This document shows, one piece after another, positions 10,001-18,097 of a stretch of 64,000 nt of DNA. The DNA is taken from the NCBI GenBank assembly GCA_037441385.1, contig JBBISH010000022.1:2-64001 (forward strand). The letters run 5' to 3'. Every line of letters begins with the position of its first letter. The stretch's first letter is position 1. The notes under the pieces are model-generated. The model was given only the letters and a program-made list of their open reading frames with translations, was not told the origin of the DNA and did not search any database. The position numbers and the translations under genes were made by a program. This DNA comes from Myxococcales bacterium (lineage in GTDB: Bacteria; Myxococcota_A; UBA9042).

Positions 10001-10360
10001 GCCTTTGCGAGCGGCACTTGGTCGGGGCCCAGCGATGTGCCGCAAGTGTGGAGCAAGTACCCGGTCAGCATGGCGCGCGACATCAGCGGCAACGTGTGGA
10101 TGGCGTTCCACGGCACGGACGAAAAGCTATATGTCGCCATGCTTTCCAAGGGCACCTGGAGCTCGCCGACCCAAGTCGCCGCGGCTGGGGTCATCGCCAG
10201 CACGCCGGCCGTGGCACCGGGTTTGCTGGGGACGCTCGAACTCGCCTGGGTCGACACCACCGGTACGGTCTGGCACAGCACGCTCACGGGCTCGAGCTGG
10301 TCCACGCCCAAGCAGGTGGCGACCGGGGCGAAGCATGTGGCCCTTGGTCGCGTTCCCTGA
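7064..10360 (+). CDS. Large secreted lipoprotein with Cys-rich repeat arrays and a C-terminal Cys-free repeat (lectin/propeller-like) domain
   Basis: Signal/lipobox LLAIGC. There are dozens of C-x-D-G-N-x-C-T-x-D-x-C units and three tandem ~97-aa modules. The last ~330 aa carry seven ~45-aa units ending in G-T/S-W-S/T-x-P. Confidence 0.8.
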   Translation: MAILKASAGLGRLGLFTCSIATLLAIGCDSTPGPAATAPVDAKADSVSDTNILFDTGGSDLFGGEFGVWDEVELDIPAVDATDTNLADAATTDTADVVANCPGGPGCPCTDNKECDLLVCLDTPDGKVCAQNCATTCPKDYVCTQFSGGGGDTTNLCAPQYGWRCEPCTASSQCSAPGQAAAACVVYGSQGAFCGSACSQDSDCGAGFVCQTAKTVEGTSSKQCVVIDDKNALPQCPCSKRAVQLGLSTICSNPTGTSAVCSGKRVCTVAGPGGLSACDAPAPATETCNGVDDDCNGATDEIGCDDGNPCTKDGCDAAQKACTHTAEVGIVCDDGDPCTLGDLCKNGSCAGGLKACECQLDADCASQEDGNLCNGTLYCDTATVPYKCKPKLNSAVVCDTQADTACVKANCVPSTGLCQPTPVPDGGLCDDGSPCTQGDSCEGGTCKPGINVMACCADADCVGKEDGNLCNGTLYCDMTSMPYMCKVKPSTVVTCDTSGDTACLKTTCDQSSGKCGPTPVNGVVCDDGNACTVGDACKAGACESGTNICGCQQDSDCAPKEDGDLCNGTLYCDKGKVPYQCQIDPKTVVTCDTTGDTTCAKAACDAKTGKCAAKPVPDGVNCSDGSACTGPDQCATGQCAGPAVSCDDKNPCTSDSCDPKDGCLHASNTAPCSDGNACTLGDVCANGACSAGPPPSCTDGTKNGGETDKDCGGVSTCGLPACPSCPTSAACTSGSDCASKVCSGGYCSSPTCKDGFQNGDETGLDCGGGMCNACPTLLLVATGGATVAGELGKAGTWKTQTFAAPSVDAPSIIAGPSYSLAALRYTKTSDLQDNQVQVLKWNYAGWTVPSALGTDIVTQSRPSLAWLGSNALLVYHGSDFKYYSMVYSGSWTPVAWVGSPQSYGPRGPALATLGGSALLTYIDGGNSNHLAGKVYTSSWDATLDGGAGPDYTIAPAVVGTGTGTALAAYSKSGGAVAAQAFASGTWSGPSDVPQVWSKYPVSMARDISGNVWMAFHGTDEKLYVAMLSKGTWSSPTQVAAAGVIASTPAVAPGLLGTLELAWVDTTGTVWHSTLTGSSWSTPKQVATGAKHVALGRVP
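8129..8997 (+). repeat. Three tandem in-frame ~94-99-aa modules inside the 7064 gene
   Basis: Modules start at 8129, 8426 and 8708. Each reads C-x-C-x-x-D-x-D-C-x-x-x-E-D-G-x-L-C-N-G-T-L-Y-C-D...V-P-Y-x-C...C-D-T-x-x-D-T-x-C...C-D-D-G-x-x-C-T. Confidence 0.8.
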
Positions 10361-10371
10361 ACGGGCGGCGG

Positions 10372-11202
10372 CTACTCGGTTACAACCTTGAACTTGCTGC
10401 TGCCGATGTCGATCTCGTCGCCGTCGCGCAGCAGAGCCTCTTTGACCGGTTTGCCGTTTACCTGCACGCCGCCGAACTTGAGCTCGTTCGTCAGCTGCCA
10501 GCGCCGCCCGGTCCAGGCGATCTTGATCCGGCCAAACACAAAGCCGCGCAGCTTCAACTCGAATGCGCGGCCAATGTACAAGGGCTCGGTTTCGCTCAGG
10601 TCTTGGCGTTCGCCGCCGTCGCTCCACTTGTCCATGCGCTCTACGTGGCTGCGCTTGGCGGTCTTGAGTTGGCGTAGCGACGCGCGCACCTGGTCCAGGT
10701 CCATCGCCGACGTCGCGTCGTTGGCGACAAAGTCGTTGGTGGCCGCTGCTACGTAGGCGTCGGCGGCGTGCAGGCTCTTGCTGCCGCATTTGGGGCAGAT
10801 CGCGTCGCGGCGCAAAGCGCTGATCATGCCCGACCACTGGCACGAACTGCAGACGTTCTTGACGAAGCGGGCCTGTCCCGCCTGATAGCCGGCGGCGCGC
10901 TGCTCGTTTTCCGAAAACAGAATCAAGTGATCGCTGCCGATCAGGATCTCGCTGCCCTCGCGCACCCAGGCCGTCTGGGTAACGAGTTGACCGTCGACGA
11001 CCACCGGATTGGTCTGCGACACACACGAAATGAACCAGTTGCCGGTGGCCGCGTCCATGCGGATCAAGGCGTGCTCGCGCGACACGGTGGGGCTGGACAG
11101 CACCAATTCGTTGTGGGAATCGCGGCCAATGCGGAATGATTTCACCAAGAAGGGCGCCTTGCGCGCGGGCTGATTGAGCTCGTGAACGATGAGGGTCGGC
11201 AA
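10372..11202 (-). CDS. FHA / zinc-ribbon / FHA domain protein
   Basis: There are two FHA-like segments, FRIGRDSHNELVLSSPTVSREHALI...GSEILIGSDHLILF and LYIGRAF...VNGKPV...DGDEIDIGSSKFKV, flanking CSSCQW...CPKCGS. The ATG at 11562 would overlap the upstream gene by 80 nt. The TTG at 11202 is preceded by GGAGG, but the start remains uncertain. Confidence 0.6.
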   Translation of the reverse strand: MPTLIVHELNQPARKAPFLVKSFRIGRDSHNELVLSSPTVSREHALIRMDAATGNWFISCVSQTNPVVVDGQLVTQTAWVREGSEILIGSDHLILFSENEQRAAGYQAGQARFVKNVCSSCQWSGMISALRRDAICPKCGSKSLHAADAYVAAATNDFVANDATSAMDLDQVRASLRQLKTAKRSHVERMDKWSDGGERQDLSETEPLYIGRAFELKLRGFVFGRIKIAWTGRRWQLTNELKFGGVQVNGKPVKEALLRDGDEIDIGSSKFKVVTE

Positions 11203-11482
11203 GGGGCCTCCAGGCGGCTGCGGTCCGCGGTGCGCGCAAGTTTGGCGTTTCCGCTGCCGCCGCGCAAGATTTGCCGGGTCCAGCCCTGCCTGGACACTGC
11301 AGTCTTTGGCGCCCGCCACGCTGCCCGCGGGCCTCGCGAAAAACGTGCGCGGGGCGATCCGCCTTGCTGCCGACCGCCCCGCTGCACAGTTCAGTAGCCC
11401 GCAAAATCCTCTGAATCGGCTCGACAATTCTGGCCATTCTTTGGGTGAGAGCCGGGGTTTGCAGGGTTGCCCACCGCTTCGG

Positions 11483-12127
11483 CTACTTTGGCGCGCCCTT
11501 GCCCGGCCGCGGCGACGGCGGGGGCGGCGGCGGCGGTCCCGGAGGCGGCGGTTCGTCGCCATCGTCGCCTTCCATGCGGTCCAACTCGGCTTTGAGCCAG
11601 GCCTTGCGGACCTTCTTCATTTCTTGGCGCATCACCTGCTGCATCCGTTCCAGCGAGAGGATGACCTTGGCCGTTTCGCGCTGCGACAGCACCTTGCGGA
11701 GTTCGTCCAGCTCGCGGCTGCGCAGGTCTTGCTGGGCCCGGTTGGCCGCGATCAGGGCGTCTAGCGCCTTCTTGTAGGCGCCCTCGTCCTTGGAGTCCCC
11801 CTGCGCCAGTTCACCCAGCGAGCGCCGCGCCTCGCCCACCTCGTGGTGGCCCTTTTGCCGCTCGGTGTCGAAGCCGTCGAGCACCTTCTCCGCCTTCTGC
11901 GCCGAGGCCTCGTCCAGTCCCGCTTCGCGCCGCAGCAGCTGCCCGCGCATTTCCTTCATCTTCTGCTGCATTTGCGCGCGGTGCTGCTCGCCACCCGGCC
12001 CGCCCGGACCAGGGCCCATGCCGCCGGGACCGTGGGGGCCGTGCGGCGGCGGCGGCGGAGGTTCGGCCAGCGCAACGCCGGTCAGCAGCGAGGTGGCCAG
12101 CAGGCTCGTCAACAGCAACTTCTTCAT
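11483..12127 (-). CDS. Spy/CpxP/ZraP-like helical periplasmic protein with polyproline termini
   Basis: The ATG at 12127 has AAGGAG upstream and gives the signal peptide MKKLLLTSLLATSLLTGVALA. The core is helical and rich in K/E/Q/R. The ends are Pro/Gly-rich (EPPPPPPHGPHGPGG..., ...DEPPPPGPPPPPPPSPRPG). Confidence 0.55.
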   Translation of the reverse strand: MKKLLLTSLLATSLLTGVALAEPPPPPPHGPHGPGGMGPGPGGPGGEQHRAQMQQKMKEMRGQLLRREAGLDEASAQKAEKVLDGFDTERQKGHHEVGEARRSLGELAQGDSKDEGAYKKALDALIAANRAQQDLRSRELDELRKVLSQRETAKVILSLERMQQVMRQEMKKVRKAWLKAELDRMEGDDGDEPPPPGPPPPPPPSPRPGKGAPK

Positions 12128-12254
12128 CGTGTACTCCTTTCGGGCCCGCGGTCTGCTGCGCGCCGTCAACCTACCAATGCCGCGGCGGCCGTGGACGTCA
12201 GGGCGACCCGCGAAGAATTGCGCTGCCAAAAAAGAAAGTGACGTAATATTGGGC

Positions 12255-12272
12255 AGTAGAAAATGCCCCCCA
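12255..12272 (+). repeat. Copy 2 of the 18-nt motif AGTAGAAAATGCCCCCCA
   Basis: Lies in the divergent intergenic region between the 12127 (-) and 12383 (+) starts. Confidence 0.6.
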
Positions 12273-12382
12273 ACCGTATGCGCAGGCGCTTGCCCCGGGG
12301 TGCGTTGAATCCTGCGGCCGAGCCGTGCGTCATGGGGGGCAGCCAGATGCTGAACTGGCGATCACATTCAGGGGAGGGAACG

Positions 12383-12838
12383 ATGGAACAATCAAGGTCT
12401 TGGCGGCGCTGGGCGGCGGTGGCGTTACTGCTTGGGACGATGGGGGTGTCGATGCCGGCGGCCGCGGACATTCCCCCGCCGCAGCGGTCGCTGCCCAAAC
12501 GGCCCGATCCCGGCCCGGCGGAGTTGAACGCGGGCGAGTACAAGTGCGAATTCACACAGGGCGGGTACAAGTACCCGGCGTTCCGCTGCGTGATTCGCAA
12601 GCAGATGACCGCCGCCGGCACGGCCAAGTTCACGCTCGAGAAACTGACCGGCTCGCAGCGCATCAAGGGCACCATGCAGCCCACGCCAGACGGTTTCCAC
12701 TTTGATGGCAAGTACTTCTGCCCCTATGGCGACTGCACAGAGGCCACTCAGGGCGATTTTCGGCGCGTGGGGCGCGACACATACCAGGGCTCGCTCAAGA
12801 CCAGCGTGGGCGAAACCAAGGTCAAGCTCTACAAGTAG
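12383..12838 (+). CDS. Small secreted hypothetical protein (4 Cys)
   Basis: The ATG at 12383 has GGGAGGGAA upstream. The N-terminus MEQSRSWRRWAAVALLLGTMGVSMPAAA looks like a signal peptide. No family was recognised. Confidence 0.5.
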   Translation: MEQSRSWRRWAAVALLLGTMGVSMPAAADIPPPQRSLPKRPDPGPAELNAGEYKCEFTQGGYKYPAFRCVIRKQMTAAGTAKFTLEKLTGSQRIKGTMQPTPDGFHFDGKYFCPYGDCTEATQGDFRRVGRDTYQGSLKTSVGETKVKLYK

Positions 12839-12852
12839 CCATCCAAAATCGG

Positions 12853-14568
12853 CTAGTTCTGCGGCTTGTAGAGGATCTGCACCACCGCCAGGCACATCTC
12901 GTCTAAGGTCTGCTCGCCCAACCACACGTCCTGTGGCTGTGATTTCCCCTGTGCTTTCAGGGCGCTGACCACTGCCGGGTTGCCCAAGCTGTTGTCGTAG
13001 GTGCAGCGCATCCGCAGCTTGTCGCCAGCGCTCAGGGTCGGCAGCTGCTCAATCGGCGCGTCGTACACATAGATGCGCTGCCAGTCAAAATCCCATTGCG
13101 GCGTCTCGACCAGGCACTCCTTTGCGGGGCCCGCCAGCGTCTTGGGCGTGACGGTCGTACAGGTCAGCAGGATGGAGTCGGCGGTGCCGCCCTTGAGGAC
13201 CTCGGCCTTGAGACACTCGCCGCAGCTCGCGCTGATCGTGCCCGCGGCGCTCGCGCAGGCTGTCTGCGCACAATTGGCAAGGGGCAAACCTGCAAGACCT
13301 TGGCACTTCTCTGACAGGCACTGGCCCAGCGGTGTCAGCTCGGCCGATCCACACGGTTGGTTCTGGGTCGCCCGTTCGACCGCAATCCGCATGCCCTTGC
13401 CCACGTAGTGCATGTGGGTGCCCACGGCGTAGATCTTCAGCTCGGGCATGGTCTTGCCGTTCAGACTGGGCGGCAGGGTAAACACCATCTCCTCGGTGTG
13501 GGTCGCCTTGCCCGCCGGAATCACAAACGCTGGGCCGCTGGCCGGATCGTCGGGACCGGGCAACAGGCCGTTGGTGCCGTCAAAGCCGTCGAAATTGCCC
13601 ACCAGCACGGTCTCGCCGCGCAGCGTGGGCGTGCCTTGGACAAAGCGCATCTGCACCGTGGTCAGGTCGGGCGCGGCCGTCTTGCCGGCCGGGTGGTAGT
13701 GGATCTGCATGACCAGCTTGGAACCCTTGGGGATTTTTGAGCCCACGCCCACCGGATATTCCAGCGGCACCGCGCCGGGCGCCCACGCCGCCAGCAGGTT
13801 CTGGCCTTCGACGTCGGCCGAGCCAAAGCACGGATAACTCCCGTCTGCGTTGGCCTTTTTCAACGATTGCGCCTTGGGGTCCAAGAAGAGCAGCGCGTGG
13901 TGGACCACCGCCGGGTTGCCGGGCTGCACCTGCACGCCGTTCAAGAACTTGTCCTGGGCGAAATCGGCATCCAGTACAAAGCATTGCAGCTGGTCTTGCT
14001 CGCCCGCGCTGACAAAGGGCTTGGCCGGCTTGGCCACCACGTCCACATTGGCAAGCTCCATGATCTTCTCGCTCGCACCCGTTTCGCCCGGTTGCTCCGC
14101 TCCCTCGGGCATCCCCGCTTTGATCCAGGCCGCGATGGCGTCCACCTCGGCCGGCTTGAGGCGCAGGTCGTGCTTCCAGCCAAAACGCGGTTGGCACTCT
14201 GGAGTTTCGCGCGCACCCCACGGCGGCATCGCCAGGTTGGCGATCGGCTCTAGCCACGACGGGGCGGTGGCCTTGGCCTCTGCGTAACTGTCGATGGAGA
14301 ATGGGGCAATCCCGCCCTTGGTGTGGCAGCCGCCGCACTTGGCGCGCACGATCGGCAAGATCGTGGCGTGCCAGCTGGGGCCGGCCGCACTGCTGTCGGC
14401 GCCGACGTCGCTGGAGCTGGCTGCGTCGCTCGCCGAGGGGCCGGAGTCGGTTGGTCCTGTGGCGTCGGTGGCGGCGGAACTGCTTGAAGTGCTTGCCGAA
14501 CTGGCGCAGCCGCCGACTACGGCGAGCAGGACGAACAGCGGGAGGCAACGCGACACAGAGGTGGGCAT
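12853..14568 (-). CDS. Lipoprotein with an N-terminal CxxCH motif and a copper type II (PHM/DBH-like) monooxygenase-like domain
   Basis: The ATG at 14568 gives a signal ending LAVVGGC. CGGCH is a haem-c type motif. Copper-ligand-like motifs are VVHHALLF, MQIHYHP, GTHMHYVGKGM and TLDEMC. It starts 154 nt downstream of tadC on the same strand. Confidence 0.55.
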   Translation of the reverse strand: MPTSVSRCLPLFVLLAVVGGCASSASTSSSSAATDATGPTDSGPSASDAASSSDVGADSSAAGPSWHATILPIVRAKCGGCHTKGGIAPFSIDSYAEAKATAPSWLEPIANLAMPPWGARETPECQPRFGWKHDLRLKPAEVDAIAAWIKAGMPEGAEQPGETGASEKIMELANVDVVAKPAKPFVSAGEQDQLQCFVLDADFAQDKFLNGVQVQPGNPAVVHHALLFLDPKAQSLKKANADGSYPCFGSADVEGQNLLAAWAPGAVPLEYPVGVGSKIPKGSKLVMQIHYHPAGKTAAPDLTTVQMRFVQGTPTLRGETVLVGNFDGFDGTNGLLPGPDDPASGPAFVIPAGKATHTEEMVFTLPPSLNGKTMPELKIYAVGTHMHYVGKGMRIAVERATQNQPCGSAELTPLGQCLSEKCQGLAGLPLANCAQTACASAAGTISASCGECLKAEVLKGGTADSILLTCTTVTPKTLAGPAKECLVETPQWDFDWQRIYVYDAPIEQLPTLSAGDKLRMRCTYDNSLGNPAVVSALKAQGKSQPQDVWLGEQTLDEMCLAVVQILYKPQN

Positions 14569-14722
14569 GGGCGGTGAACTCCGGCGGGACTGCGCGGTCC
14601 CAGCGTGGACAGAGCCCACAAGGTTGAAGCGGCGGCCACGGCCAGGCAAGTTCCTGCGGGCTAACCTGCAGATTAGCGAAGGGGTTGGCCGGCAGCGTCG
14701 TTGGCTTGGCTGTGGGCGCTTG

Positions 14723-15670
14723 CTACGGCATCGGCGGCGCACCCGTCATGTTGGGCAGCAGCAGCCGATAGACACTGACGAACGCCGGCCCCAGCAGGAC
14801 CATCAGCATCGACGGAAAGATGCAGAAAATGACCGGGAACAGCAGCTTGACCGGGATCTTGGCGGCCATCTCTTCGGCGCGCTGGCGCCGCTTGACGCGC
14901 AAGCTTTCCGAGTGCACCCGCAGCGCCGTCGCCACGCTGGTGCCAAAGCGATCACTCTGCACCAGCAGCGACACCAGCAGATCGACTTCCTCTACGCCTG
15001 TCCGCAGGGCCAGGTTGCGCAACGCCGACTCGCGGCTGGCGCCCGCGCGCAACTCCAGGTTCACCAAGTGCAACTCTTCGGCCAGGATCGGGCTGGCCAA
15101 CGTCATTTCGCTGCCCACCCGCGCCAGCGCCGCATCCAGGCCCAGGCCCGCTTCCACGCAGACCGTCATCAGGTCGATGGCGTCGGGGAAGTGCTCAAAA
15201 ACCTCTAGCTTGCGCTTGGCGATCTGGTGCTCCAGCCACGCATTGGGCGCCAAATAGCCCATGGCAGCCAGGACCAGCAAACCGCCCAAGAACACGTGCG
15301 ACGGCAGGCCCAGGTAGTACACGCTCGCCAAGATCAGGGCGATTCCAGGCAGGGCAAAGGTCAGCAACGTCTTGGTGGCAAAGAAGATTATCGGCGCGTT
15401 GGCGCTGCGGTAGCCCGCGTTCATGAAGCGGACGCGCAAACGCGAGTCCTCCCAATTGCCGGCGGGGAGCGACAGCTTGGCCAAGGGACCCGAGACCTCG
15501 GCCAGCTTGCGCATCCAGCCGCTGCGGTCCTCCTGCTCGGGAGTGGGCGTGGTGAGGCGGCGGAGGCGTTCGGCCAGCGGGCGACGGCGCGCCTGCCAGG
15601 CGATCACCAGCGTCACCGCCACCACCACCAAGAAGATTCCGACCAGGTACAGCGTTTGGCCTTGCAACAT
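14723..15670 (-). CDS. tadC: Flp pilus assembly inner-membrane platform protein TadC (GspF family)
   Basis: T2SS-F family topology and position after tadB. The ATG at 15670 has GAGGTG upstream. Confidence 0.8.
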   Translation of the reverse strand: MLQGQTLYLVGIFLVVVAVTLVIAWQARRRPLAERLRRLTTPTPEQEDRSGWMRKLAEVSGPLAKLSLPAGNWEDSRLRVRFMNAGYRSANAPIIFFATKTLLTFALPGIALILASVYYLGLPSHVFLGGLLVLAAMGYLAPNAWLEHQIAKRKLEVFEHFPDAIDLMTVCVEAGLGLDAALARVGSEMTLASPILAEELHLVNLELRAGASRESALRNLALRTGVEEVDLLVSLLVQSDRFGTSVATALRVHSESLRVKRRQRAEEMAAKIPVKLLFPVIFCIFPSMLMVLLGPAFVSVYRLLLPNMTGAPPMP

Positions 15671-15688
15671 GGCGTCACCTCGTCGCAA

Positions 15689-16660
15689 CTACACGTGCAC
15701 GTGGACGATCTTGCGAATCCACACGATGCCCATCGCCATCGCGGTCAGCGCGGCGCCGATCACGTACGCACCCACAGAATCGTTCCACAATACCGACAGA
15801 AAGGTTGGGTTGATCACCTGCAGCACGCCGGCCAGCACAAACGGGAGCACCACCAGGATCCCCGCCGACAGCCGGCCCTCGGCCGACAGCACCCGCACGG
15901 TACCCTGTAACCGCAGGCGCGCACGGATCAATTGGCCGATCGTTTCCAGCAGTTCGCCCAGGTTGCCGCCCGTCTCGCGCTGGATGAGCACCGAAATGAC
16001 GAAATAGCGGATGTCGTCGGTGGGCACACGCCGGCTCAAGTTGCCCAGTGCGGTCGCCACATCCACGCCGTAGTTCACCTCTTGGAAGACGACCCGGAAC
16101 TCGTCGCAAACCGGTGCCGGCATCTCGTCGGCCACCATCTTCAGCGCACCTGGGAAGGCGTGACCGGCCAGCATGGCGCGCGCCATCAGGTCCAGCGCGT
16201 CGGGCAGGGTGCGCTCGATCGCGCCCAGGCGCTTCTTTCGCGAGTGCAGGACCAGCCACAAGGGCAGGAACAGCGCCGCGCTACCGCTGGCCAGCGACAC
16301 CCAAATCGGCGCCCCGACCAGCGCCAACGCCACGGCCGGTACCAGCGCACTCACCACACTGAAGCCAAAGAAATCACTGGCCTTCCAGGTCAAGCCGGCC
16401 TGCTGAAGCAGCGCGTGAACCTGCTCGGCCCGCGGCAAGTGCGCCCACCAGCCCGCCTCGCCCACGTTGTCGGTGCGGAGCAGGCTGTGCTCGGTCGCCG
16501 CCGGAGTCGCGCCGCCGCTGTGCGCCACGGCCTTGAGTCGGCGCTCGATGCGGCTCGCCTCGGGCCCGCGGCTGGCATTCCAGGCCAGGTACGCGCCCTC
16601 GACGAACAGCGCGGCCGACAAAAACCCCAGGATCGCAAAGAGGGAATAGGTGAGATCCAT
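15689..16660 (-). CDS. tadB: Flp pilus assembly inner-membrane platform protein TadB (GspF family)
   Basis: T2SS-F family membrane protein immediately after the ATPase gene. GGAGGG lies upstream of the ATG. Confidence 0.8.
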   Translation of the reverse strand: MDLTYSLFAILGFLSAALFVEGAYLAWNASRGPEASRIERRLKAVAHSGGATPAATEHSLLRTDNVGEAGWWAHLPRAEQVHALLQQAGLTWKASDFFGFSVVSALVPAVALALVGAPIWVSLASGSAALFLPLWLVLHSRKKRLGAIERTLPDALDLMARAMLAGHAFPGALKMVADEMPAPVCDEFRVVFQEVNYGVDVATALGNLSRRVPTDDIRYFVISVLIQRETGGNLGELLETIGQLIRARLRLQGTVRVLSAEGRLSAGILVVLPFVLAGVLQVINPTFLSVLWNDSVGAYVIGAALTAMAMGIVWIRKIVHVHV

Positions 16661-16669
16661 GGCGCCCTC

Positions 16670-18043
16670 CTACTCGTACAGGCGGCGCGGGTCAAAAAGC
16701 TCGTTGGGCACCGAGATGCCGGACACCCGCAGTCGCTCCAAGAACTTGGGCCGGATGCCCGTGGCGCGGAAGTGCCCCATCACACTGCCGTCTGGCGAGA
16801 TGCCGACCTGCTCGAAGCAGAAGATCTCCTGCGTCGTGATCATGTCGCTTTCCATGCCGGTAATCTCTTGCACACTGACGACCTTGCGCTTACCGTCCGA
16901 CAACCGCTGGATCTGCACCAACGCCGTCAAGGCCGACGCGATCTGCTGCCGCATCGACTTGGCCGGCAAGTTCATGCCCGCCATGCCGATCATGATCTCC
17001 AAGCGGGCCAACGCGTCGCGCGGCGTGTTGGCGTGGATGGTGCCCATCGAGCCTTCGTGGCCCGTGTTCATCGCCCACAGCATGTCGATCGCTTCGGCGC
17101 CGCGCAGCTCGCCCAAGATGATGCGGTTCGGGCGCATGCGCAGGCTGTTGCGGACCAATAGGCGCTGCGGCACTTCGCCTTTGCCCTCGATGTTCGGCGG
17201 CCGCGTCTCCAGCCGCACCACGTGGGGCTGCTGCAGCTGCAGCTCGGCCGCGTCTTCGATGGTGATGATGCGCTCGGTCGCCGGGATGTAGCGCGACATG
17301 GCGTTCAGCAGCGTGGTCTTGCCGGTGCCGGTACCGCCCGAGATCAGCACGTTGCACTTGGCCCGCACCAACCCCGCCAGCAGCTCGGCCATCTCGGGCG
17401 TCAGCGTCTTGAGCCGCACCAGGTCTTCCATCTGCAACGGAATTACCGAGAAACGCCGAATCGACAGCGCCGGCCCGTCCACCGCCAGCGGCTTGATGAT
17501 CGCATTGACGCGCGAACCATCCGGCAGGCGAGCGTCGACCATCGGGCTCGACTCGTCGACGCGCCGCCCTACTGTCGAGACGATCTTGTCAATGATCTTC
17601 ATCAGGTGTGCATCCGATTCAAAATGCACGTCGGTCAGTTCCAGCTGGCCGGCGCGCTCGACGTACACCTGCTTGTGGGTGTTGACCAAGATGTCCGAAA
17701 TGGTTGGATCGGCCAGCAGCGGCTCCAGCGGCCCCAGGCCCAGCACCTCGTGCTGGATGTCGGACTGCAGCGCACGCCGCTCCACCTCGTTCAGGGGCAC
17801 CGATTCTTCGCCCAGTAGCCGCTCCACGGCCGTCTGCAACTCGGCGCGTACCTGCTCGGCCGTCATGGTCTCCATGGCCCGCAAGTCGATGCGATCCAAA
17901 AGCTTCTTGTGGATGCGCGACCGCAGTTCGTGGTAGCGGCGCAGGTCGCCCGCCAGTGCGCCGCGCACCATGGTGGGTGGGATCTCGATCTCGCCGGGCA
18001 TCGATTGCAGTGATCCGCTTTGGAGTTGTGCGCGCAGTGACAT
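16670..18043 (-). CDS. tadA: Tad/Cpa secretion ATPase (CpaF/TadA)
   Basis: Walker A motif [11 protein letters not shown] and GELRGAEA, typical of the CpaF/VirB11-like family. AGGAGGGG ribosome-binding site. Confidence 0.9.
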   Translation of the reverse strand: MSLRAQLQSGSLQSMPGEIEIPPTMVRGALAGDLRRYHELRSRIHKKLLDRIDLRAMETMTAEQVRAELQTAVERLLGEESVPLNEVERRALQSDIQHEVLGLGPLEPLLADPTISDILVNTHKQVYVERAGQLELTDVHFESDAHLMKIIDKIVSTVGRRVDESSPMVDARLPDGSRVNAIIKPLAVDGPALSIRRFSVIPLQMEDLVRLKTLTPEMAELLAGLVRAKCNVLISGGTGTGKTTLLNAMSRYIPATERIITIEDAAELQLQQPHVVRLETRPPNIEGKGEVPQRLLVRNSLRMRPNRIILGELRGAEAIDMLWAMNTGHEGSMGTIHANTPRDALARLEIMIGMAGMNLPAKSMRQQIASALTALVQIQRLSDGKRKVVSVQEITGMESDMITTQEIFCFEQVGISPDGSVMGHFRATGIRPKFLERLRVSGISVPNELFDPRRLYE

Positions 18044-18097
18044 GGTCCCCTCCTTGATCCCTGGCGACCGCCGGCACGGCTGCGAATGGCTCGGCGC

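Noticed and set aside
12250-12272. Reading the 18-nt motif as a sigma54 promoter (GG...GC).
   Set aside because: Only the copy at 15-32 has a GG-N10-GC spacing. The copy at 53094 lacks the GG, and the -12 region is ATGC rather than TTGC.
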